Below, in pieces: positions 54,901 to 64,000 of a stretch of DNA of 64,000 nt. The first letter of the stretch is position 1, and the number at the start of each line of letters is the position of its first letter. A program made the position numbers and the translations under genes. The stretch covers positions 48,980,001 through 49,044,000 of the forward strand of contig NC_043000.1 of assembly GCF_006345805.1 (NCBI RefSeq). The letters are read 5' to 3'. The notes beneath the pieces are model-generated. The model had not been told where the DNA came from. It worked only from the letters and a program-made list of their open reading frames with translations, and ran no database searches. Source of the DNA: Octopus sinensis (Eukaryota).

Positions 54901-56339
54901 TAAGGACTATTTGCAGTAAGCAGCGTGTCAATTAGAGCGATTACTCTGAAGTAAAGTTATATCAATCATCTAAGGAAATATTGGAACGTGTTCAATGTAA
55001 CATAATGTTTACTAAACAAAGTTTGTCTAATGATTCAATAATAAATATTAAAAATTTTTCAAGTGTTATATTTTCATACTTATATGTTTATAAAGCTGAC
55101 TTATGAAACTGAATAAATTGTTCAACTAATGAGAGTTTATGATGATTCGTTAAGCGTTTTATAAACTTCATGTTGATAATTCAATCAACTGTAAAGGTGA
55201 TCATCTATTTTGTCCCTTGAACTTAGCATACTGAAAATAAAATTGCTTTTGTTTTTGAAGTCTCTTTCAAAATAACTACGATGGCGCTTTTCAAAATGCA
55301 ATGACTTGTTGCTATGATTATTATGAATACCTTTCCAGGCATTAATGGATGGAGATGAAAGTAAATATTAGAAAAATTGCCCCTTGAAGCTGAAAAAGAA
55401 ATTTTCAAATTTATGGACAGCATACTATTGAAAGTATAAAACAACATATAATTTAGAAAGTCGAAAACGTTTAATTTGGGGGCAAGAGAGATGAAACTAG
55501 TAAAAATTTACTTTAAGAGCGTTCTCTTTTATAACCATATTGATATTTCGTGTTAAGTAAATGGACCGCCGTAAAACCTATATTTCAATTCCAACACCAT
55601 AGAAAAATTTGTCAATCAATATTCTGCCAACACGTAAATATAAAAATTGTAAGTTGATGCATTCGGTTTTTCTCTCTCATTTATTTTTATTGTTAACATA
55701 TACAATATTGGAATGAAATGGCGCCAACTTTGTTTGAAGATTGGGAGTTGGACAAAACAATAATCAATATTTATTTCAAAGTGCATATGCTTTCACTTGA
55801 AATTTCACAAAAAAAAAGTACTCGTGTGTACATACTTATGCGTTAATTTTCTGAGTGTGGGGATGTATGTGGGAGGTTGTTATTGGGTAAATATTCACTT
55901 CTCACAAACAAGGAAGTAAACTGAAACTCTTTCTTCATCTGATATATTTGTACCTATTTTGATCTTCATAGATTATGCAGTAAATCAATGATGAAGATTT
56001 CTGATGAAAACATTATTTGTAAAATAGTTTTTTGTTTTAAGTGGGTAATAAAGAATTAATTAATATATCTATTGATGAATAATCTTGTGCAGGTATATAT
56101 ATATATATGTATTGCATAGCTATCTACTCCCTCTCCCTCTTCTCTCTCTCTCTCACTATATATATATATATATATGAACATGCTCAGGTAAGTAGGTATG
56201 AAAATACATACATGTAAATATACATAAAGAGAGTAAGAGACGGGGTCGGGGAAACTGTAAATGACTGAACAACTTAGTCGAGATACATAGCGGATAGGAA
56301 TGTACCATGTACTTATTTTGCTGATGTGATTATGTTCTT

Positions 56340-57320
56340 TTTTTGCAAAGCAGAATTTCTCTGGAAGTATTTTACGTTAGAAATTCTCTTTTTCTACGGC
56401 TTATCAGTTAACTATTTAGCATGAAAAAATGCTTGAAATATATTTTTAAAACTATGAAATATTTTCACTATTTTCTCTCTTTTTATGAAACTTCGTACTA
56501 TGGCGAATTTAGCTTAATTTGTCTTGAGATAAGCCGTGCCGATAATCCCAAAAGGGATGAAATAGTATTACACATAACTAGAAACGACTAAAAACGTTAA
56601 GAAATTATTTTTATGTCAAAGAAAACAAAACAATAAATTATAAATTAAATACGCATGATCAACTTAACTTCGTGTGGTCTACAAGAGATTTTCTCTCCTT
56701 AAATTGTAAAATCACAATAAACAAACCGCGTTTTCGAAATTTTATAGTTACTTCTCTGCGATTATCTATGAAACTGGCGGCAAGTGCTTCGACGAGATGA
56801 ATATATAGAATCTGTATTCTTACTCATCCCGTCGGATAGTATGATATGGAATATGAGCCAGAAAGCCTTATCTGCAATCCCGGAATATACCATAACGGGA
56901 TTGAGGAACTGGCTCGTTATAAAACTATTTTCAGTGACTACACAAATAAGATTTTTGCAAGGAAGAATTGTCTTGGAAAGATTTTCTCTACTGCCTAACA
57001 TTTAACTATTTAGCATGAAAAGAATCAAAAAAACATAAATACGTATTTTCCTTTTTAAACTATGAACTATTTTCATTATTCTCTCCATTTATGAAATTTC
57101 GTACAATATTGAATTTAGCTTAATTTGTATCTCGCGTTATGCTTTGTCGACGATTCCAACGGCGACATGAAATAGCAAAATTTTAAGACATTTACTTTAT
57201 GTGATAAAAAATATAAATTATAAATTAAATATGCATGTTCTTCAACTTATCTACTTTAATTTACAAAAAAAAAACTCCCCATAATTTCGATGTTAATTAT
57301 ACCAGAAGCAAACCGTGTGT
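56340..57320. repeat. Old diverged direct duplication (about 56340-56730 versus 56950-57320)
   Basis: Shared anchors TTTTTGCAA, TTAACTATTTAGCATGAAAA, GAATTTAGCTTAATTTGT and TAAATTATAAATTAAATAyGCATG, at an offset of about 600 bp. Confidence 0.8.
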
Positions 57321-57999
57321 TTATACCTAAAAACTATTAATAATATTCCTAGCGATGAAAAATACAAATGTGGAATAAAGCGCGTCTTTTCGTTCGCTTG
57401 GCGTTAGCTGGTCGTCATTTAATAATGGTAGTAACGATACAATAGGTCGCTACACCCCTCATTCTTATGCCCTGCGCGTTTATATAAGTGATACCTAAAT
57501 GCTGGGCGTAGAAGCCAACAAATCACGTGATAGTAGTTTCTTAAAAATTGCATGACTTGATTTCTGTCTTCACGGAAGCTTTTCAGAGGATTTGAACGAA
57601 ATTTAAGGATATTTTATGTACAGTAAAGCTTTAGAGAGAAACACAAAAGTAGACATCAATAAAAATAATACTGAGGTAAAGAATAGATTAAGTAACGAAT
57701 ACTGCTGTAGTGCATGTATATATATATATATATATTAGCTCAATCCATAAATAATGCGGTTTCTTCAATTGTATGGACTAAAAGCCGAAGAGGGACGGGA
57801 TAAACTACCTGCATCAACTTGCTATAAAAGCAGGTAGTAATTTTACCTTGTCCTTATTCTTAGTGCAAGTTTTGAAGAGTGTAGTTCGATTTTAACAGCT
57901 ATCTTTTCAAAGCTATAATGGAAGTGAAAAAGGTGCATATTCGGGATATTTTGCTTTAGGAATTCAATAAAGCCAACAACGGAACGGAAATTGCGAGGA

Positions 58000-59050
58000 A
58001 TATTAATGCGTTTCCTCTTCCTCCCATTATATTGGAAATATTGAAAAGTATATATATAAACTTAACATTCCTTCTCCTGACATCAGTTTCAGATTTTTTT
58101 TTCTTTAACCCTACTGATATTGCTGAGACATCTCTGAATTACTTCATCCTCAACTCCAAATCTAACACCTCTTTTATTCCATATATCTATTAATTTCGGT
58201 GCGTGAACGTCTAAGTTTAGACAAGTCATGACATTTATTTTGGTATTTCTGTAAATAAATCCAGTTTTCAGTTCTTCGATTGGTTAATTTCTATACGTGC
58301 TACAATTATATATACATCTCTTTATGCAGTTCGTATTTTCATCCAACAAATCCTCTAATTATTTCTTCAGTTTTCTTCTAAATGTAAACTCATTGGTACA
58401 GTGAGAATGTTATTTACTTCAAACTGTTTGCAAACGTATCGGTTTTGATTCCTTATTAAATCTCTCCCAATTTCTTTGAAGTTTTACTCTCCCTAAAACG
58501 TTTAAGTGTTAATTTTAAAGGAATTTGTCAAACTCTACAACTCTAGCTAAACGTGTCTAAATTCTTTTTTCTGTTTTAAAGATGTAGCCATTTGTTCTCC
58601 ACACACAGTGCCTATTCTACTATTCTATTATTGCTTATAAAGCTGATATTTATCGAAACAGAATTCTTCAAAATCTGAACACCATCTATTAGTTTGTGAG
58701 TTTTGCTTTTTAAATTTACTGTTGTATAAGGAGATTGCTGTGATTTTGATGTGCCAGAATACCTGCAAATATCCATCCCATAAATGTCTTTCTCTTCTCA
58801 GTATCATTATTTTCTCAATAGCTGGCAAATGTGGGAATTCAAGAATACCTATTAGCAATCCAAATTCGTTGGCCCTGAATAATTCTTTTAATTGGTACTG
58901 TCTGTGACATTAATTGCCAATTGAACCAGACGAGAATCCAAATTCTAGTCTAAATACTACTAATTAATAAGGCACTTTTCACTATTTGGTTGAATGATAG
59001 TAAGTTTAGAGATAATTCTTAAAAGAGTAAAATATCTGTATGCAAACTCC
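58000..59050 (-). mobile_element. Decayed retroelement-like coding remnant
   Basis: Purine-rich minus strand with broken frames (ELFRANEFGLLIGILEFPHLPAIEKIMILRRE; TVCGE); family not recognised. Confidence 0.25.
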
Positions 59051-60414
59051 ATCTATATATTCATATTTGCAACTATATATTCCACCACTGTTCTGCTTCC
59101 ATTATCTTTATAAAATGGTGCGTTACTTTGCTTCTACGCCTCTGTGATTTGGTATGTGGATGTATATGATGTCGTCTGTCTGGTAACATTGCTATGTGAA
59201 GCATATATGTCTGTCTCTTTATATTTATCTCTCTCTCAGTATCACTTTTTCTCACTCACTCTCTCTTTCTCTCGCTCTTTCAAAATATTGGGGCTATATG
59301 TATTTCTACAGCACACACACAAACAAGCACACATACACAAACACACACACAGACACACACACACGCGCACACACACAAGCATACAAACGTCCGAACGAGC
59401 ACAAATGTAAAACAAAAGCAGCAGCAACAGAATCGGATATATTATCACTACCGCAGTTTTTCGTTCATCATATGTGGGTCTTTGCCACTGTTATCGAAGT
59501 GATACATTTCATAAAATCTTTTTAGCTATGTAACCGAAACATTAACGTCGTTATCTTCCATGGAAGAGAATAGCAATTCCGTCACAAATCAGTCAACATT
59601 TTGATGAAACAAACAGTCACTTCTTGACACCGGAGTTTCACTTAAACTAAATGCAAGATAATAAACTTTACTTTTTCTCATGAATCTGAACTCTTAAACG
59701 AAGTGTTATTGTTGAATGTGTGTGGTATTTAAGTTCTCGTTAATGTTAAATTTAGCGAAAAACTATAATAGGACAGTAGAAAAGGCGTCCATATTTTCAT
59801 GTAAAATATTTCTCTTTCTCTACGATATATATATATATATATATATATATCGAGTAAAACATATATGCTTAAATTTCATATAGCAATACAACGATGTTTT
59901 TCTTGAAGTTATTTTAATGGACTAGCGAGGTCATTCTTAGATTTCTATACGCATCTTAGTGTATATATTAAATTAAGATTTGAAATTCCTGTGGAGATGG
60001 TATCGTACTAAAACCTAGATCCAGTATTTATATCGCAAAGTTAAAATATTTATATCATAGTACAGCTTCTGCTATATTTCCTGTTGTACGAAAGTTTCGG
60101 GCATATGCGTTTCCTATCAAAGCGTATTTATAGCTCTATGCACTGTACTGTCTGTCGTTGCTAACAAGTTTACGATTACAGACATTTCAGCTTTTATCTG
60201 TAGTTATCTTCCAAAATGCATTTCTATTTTCTCTCTAACACTTATTCTTGTCTATCCAAAATTGCTACAGATATATCTGTGCAGAGATAAAAGTACTGTG
60301 TGTATGTATTTCTTGTAATCCATTAGTCATAAAACTCACAAATCTTTAACGTGTAGGTATATGTGTGTGTTTGTGTGCATACTCATATACGAATAAATAA
60401 ATCCATACACGCGC

Positions 60415-60423
60415 ATATATATA

Positions 60424-60463
<40 letters not shown>

Positions 60464-60466
60464 TAT

Positions 60467-60557
<91 letters not shown>

Positions 60558-60560
60558 CAT

Positions 60561-60605
<45 letters not shown>
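60415..60605. repeat. Compound (TA)n-(GATA)n-(CATA)n microsatellite
   Basis: Direct inspection. Confidence 0.95.
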
Positions 60606-61253
60606 CGTACATACAATATACATTGTATATGTTATTTTATACCACTTTCATGGGGTACCATCAATAATGCAATTCCCACTTCCCTTTAACGCTTTAATGT
60701 ATATTTATTCTGTTTCGCCCTAAAACAATGCATTTTTATTTATTACCCTATAAATAAGAATTTCAAACTTGCTACGGTAACAATTTAACAGTATTAATAT
60801 TCCTTATTGCTAGCTCATGGCGGATATTTACGTGTGTGTGTGCGTGCGTGTATGTGTGTGCGTGTATGTGTGTGCGTGTGAATGCGTGCGCTGGTAGGAA
60901 ATTTAGTTTGGTAGACAGACAGACAGACAGACAGATAGATAGTCAGTTAAACAGAGTGAGAGACAGACAGACAGAATATATACATAGACAGAGAGTTTAA
61001 CATTTTCCTATAGTGATAACTCACTTCGGCACATATATGTTTTAATCTCATGACGTATGCGAAAGCGTGTATGCACACTAAACTGTATGCATATGCCACC
61101 ATTTGCACCCTAGAAACCCATGTACACACACTCACACGCTCACGCAGATATACACCAAACACACACTCACACGCAGATATACACAGGTGTATGCACACTC
61201 ATACACACACACATACACACACACATATATGTGTGTGAGTGTGTTTGTGTGTG

Positions 61254-62018
61254 TACATGGTGCGGTGAATGTATTGTCGTATAAGTTACGCAAAAATTAA
61301 CATAACACACATCTTATTTTAACAGATGTACTTAGTGAAATTGCTTGAAAATATTTTGAAATATTAAAGAGTAAATTCATTCAATAAAATCGCCACTAGC
61401 TTCAACAATGGCCTCCAGACAACTTCGGAATCTCCTGCAACATTTCTGGACGGTCTCTTTGCTTAAGTTGATGAATTCTGCCATAATCCTTGCCTTTATT
61501 TCATCTTTGGTGTTACAAGGAGTTTCATTGGTCTCTCAGTCAATTGCGCCCCGCACATAATAATCAAGGGGTTTGAAGACTGGGGAGTTAGATAGCCAGA
61601 TGTTAGGGGTGATGTTGTCACTGAAATTGTCTGATAGCCATGACTGGCTTCTCCTGCTTGTGTAGCAAAGTGCCTTCCTGCAGCCACCCTCTTTACCCAG
61701 GGTAACACGACCTCCTCCCGGCACTTGATGTAGGCCTCAGTGTTGAGTCTGAAGCTATGTGGGAAGATGAATGTAAGCATAACGTCGCCATCATTCTGAA
61801 ATGTTCACATCGGAACTTACGGCGCGAATGCCAAGCAGCGCAGCATGTCGTTTCCAAATTTCTGGCAGAGTGAATTGCATCATGGTAGTGTTTTTTTCTC
61901 ATCGGCAGTACCTAAATGACGACACTATACTGTGTAGTCGACAAAATCAAAAACAAACAATACGCATGTGTGATATTAAAAATATGAAACAGCAACAATT
62001 TACCCATGGCCCCCTGTA
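61254..62018 (-). mobile_element. Internally deleted Tc1/mariner DNA transposon
   Basis: Minus-strand pieces FIFPHSFRLNTEAYIKCREEVVLPWVKRVAAG, YTSRRSQSWLSDNFSDNITPNIWLSNSPVFKPLDYYVRGAID (WP.NSPD.NP.D-type motif) and CRRFRSCLEAIVEASGDFIE. Diverged TIRs TA-CATGGTGCGGTGAATGTATTGTCG and TA-CAGGGGGCCATGGGTAAATTGTTG, with TA at 61254-61255 and 62017-62018. Confidence 0.85.
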
Positions 62019-62029
62019 TCCTTGTATAA

Positions 62030-62090
<61 letters not shown>

Positions 62091-62954
62091 CATATATACA
62101 CACATATGCCGGTAAATATAGAGATATGTATTTATATGTGGTGTGCCTATGTGTGTAAATATAACTAAACGTCAGCATATAATATAATATAATATATAAT
62201 TGAAAAGCTGTGTCTTTTCACGTTTACATATTGCTGCAAATGTACCATGCGTGTGTTTCAGTACTGTATTCTATTGTGTATATACAGATTCGTCATATTG
62301 CTTTCTCAACATAAAAATCAATAATATAACTAAAAGTTTTCGAAGGAAATTAAGTCTGAGAGGAAAATCATGATACTGTGTCAAATGGCTGTTTGTTACA
62401 TTCATTTCTGGTAACTAATATAAATAGAATTCGTAATTATTCTAGCTTAACTGCTCAAAGCGTTAAATTACCCTCCATTGTTACGTGTATAGCGTAATTC
62501 ATGTGGTTTTTCTTTACTCAATATATAGATGAGAATGTGTGATTCGGTTATAGTAGTATGTCTGACTAAGTGTTCTTTGCATTCCTTTACGTTGTGAGTT
62601 CAAATTTTACCAGTTTTATCTTTGCCTTTCGAAGCCAATGAAACGAGTACCAATCAATTATCAGAGTGAAATTAATAATACTGGTAATTAACGTGTGTTG
62701 CCTTCGATTAATTTGGAATTTATGATGCTGTGTGAAAGTAGTTTAAAAAGGAAATATTCAGGGTAACATTCTGTATGTCTGTTCGAACCCTAACTTCGAA
62801 ATTCCACTTGAACATCTTTTCGTTTTATTTGTTGTTGAAAGATAGTGAAAGATCAAATACATTCTTGTCCAAAATTGGTGGTCTTAGAAATTTACGTTTG
62901 CTGAAATAATTGCAACAAATAATCATTATTAATATTGCTATTAATAATGTGTGT

Positions 62955-63030
62955 CTGACAGAATCAATTTTGCTTTTCATCCTTTGAGGATCAATAAAAT
63001 AAGGTACTAGTGTCGACGTTGTCGACGAAT
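62955..63030 (-). mobile_element. SINE family A fragment
   Basis: TTTTGCTTTTCATCCTTTGAGGATCAATAAAATAAGGTACTAG matches the family A body. Orientation tentative: the body reads on plus as in the neighbouring copies. Confidence 0.4.
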
Positions 63031-63109
63031 CCCCGACCCTATATTCCTGTTCTTGTGTATACATTAGAAATACCACCACTACTACTACTATCATTACAGT
63101 TGTTAAGCA

Positions 63110-63520
63110 GTGTGGTGGCAGAATCTTTAGTACGCCGAACAAAATGTTTAGAGGCATTTCTTCTAGCTTTACATTCTGCTTTCAAATTACGCCGAGGTCA
63201 ACATTGCCGTCCGTCCTCTTGGTGTCCATAAAATAAGTAACAGACGAGCACTGGATCAATTTAGTTGACTAGCCGCCTCCCTCAAAATTTCAAACGTTAT
63301 TCCTATAACAAAAAGAATTCTTAAGGAGACGAGCTGGCAAAATCGTTAGCATGCCGGGCGAAATGCTTAGCGTCATTTTATCCGTCCGAGTTCAAATTAC
63401 GCTGGGGTCAACATTGCCTTTCACCCGTTTGGGTTCGATAAAATAAATACTAGTTTGACACTGAGGTCCTCGTAATCCATTTATCCTCCACCAAAATTGT
63501 TGGCCTTATGTCAAAATCTG
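63110..63520 (+). mobile_element. Two tandem SINE family A copies (about 63110-63310 and 63325-63520)
   Basis: GGCAGAATCTTTAGTACGCCG / GAGCTGGCAAAATCGTTAGCATGCCGGGCGAAATGCTTAGCG heads; TTCAAATTACGC; GGTCAACATTGCC. Confidence 0.8.
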
Positions 63521-64000
63521 AAATTATTTTTATTATTACTGTTATACTTCTTCATTTGTGTGAATCTATCTTTTCAAAAGAATTATAACTTAGAGGGTGA
63601 TTAATTTTTCTCGAGATTCCTATATGGTTAAACCATTCTGAGTTTGTTTTACCGACAGAAGCTTTTCTGAATATTTGATGGTCTATTTATTATTATAGTG
63701 GAAGAATAGGTTGGTCTTAACATTTTCTCTGATTATGCGTATAACTTTCCACTGTAGCTACTTATATTGCTTATTTGCTATTTAAAATCTCAACAAATAC
63801 GATAGTATTGTATTCATTCATATTTTGTAATGCCTTTCACAAATTACTTGGAAACTGCGACCCAGTTTCGAATTGACGTACATTCAGGCAACGCCAACGA
63901 GATCGATAATTCCACAATATTGGAGATACTCTTTTCATTAAGAATACGATGTTATTGAGGCTTATGAAAAAAAGCACCTATCTAATAATAAAGTGCTAAT

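Noticed and set aside
61254-62018. Active or domesticated transposase
   Set aside because: Only about 760 bp; frameshifts and deletions remove most of the N-terminus and the second catalytic Asp region.

Overview
AT-rich, repeat-dense eukaryotic non-coding DNA. The SINE families and the (TA)n/(CA)n/(AAT)n density suggest a coleoid cephalopod, probably Octopus (inference, not checked). No host protein-coding gene could be identified with confidence, and most ORF-track entries are microsatellite artefacts. Supported content: (1) non-autonomous Helitrons (85-1908; about 19067-19985 on minus); (2) decayed non-LTR retrotransposons: R4/Dong-like (about 7750-9790, minus), the 3' end of a HERO-like restriction-like-endonuclease (RLE) element (44768-45700), a CR1 3' end (38468-38915, minus) and an RTE-like 5' fragment; (3) an internally deleted Tc1/mariner element (61254-62018); (4) many copies of two tRNA-derived SINE families; (5) Penelope-like (PLE) remnants and long fold-back palindromes; (6) a near-perfect 1268-bp tandem duplication. 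The most interesting signals are RNA-structural. The 3' UTR of the HERO-like element holds all hammerhead-ribozyme core motifs in a non-circularly permuted, pseudoknotted order, with complementary stems (45508-45619). A palindromic element at 25204-25662 joins a tRNA-like Pol III head to a PLE-type minimal (dimer-type) hammerhead. Several further intact or degenerate PLE-type hammerheads are scattered through the window.
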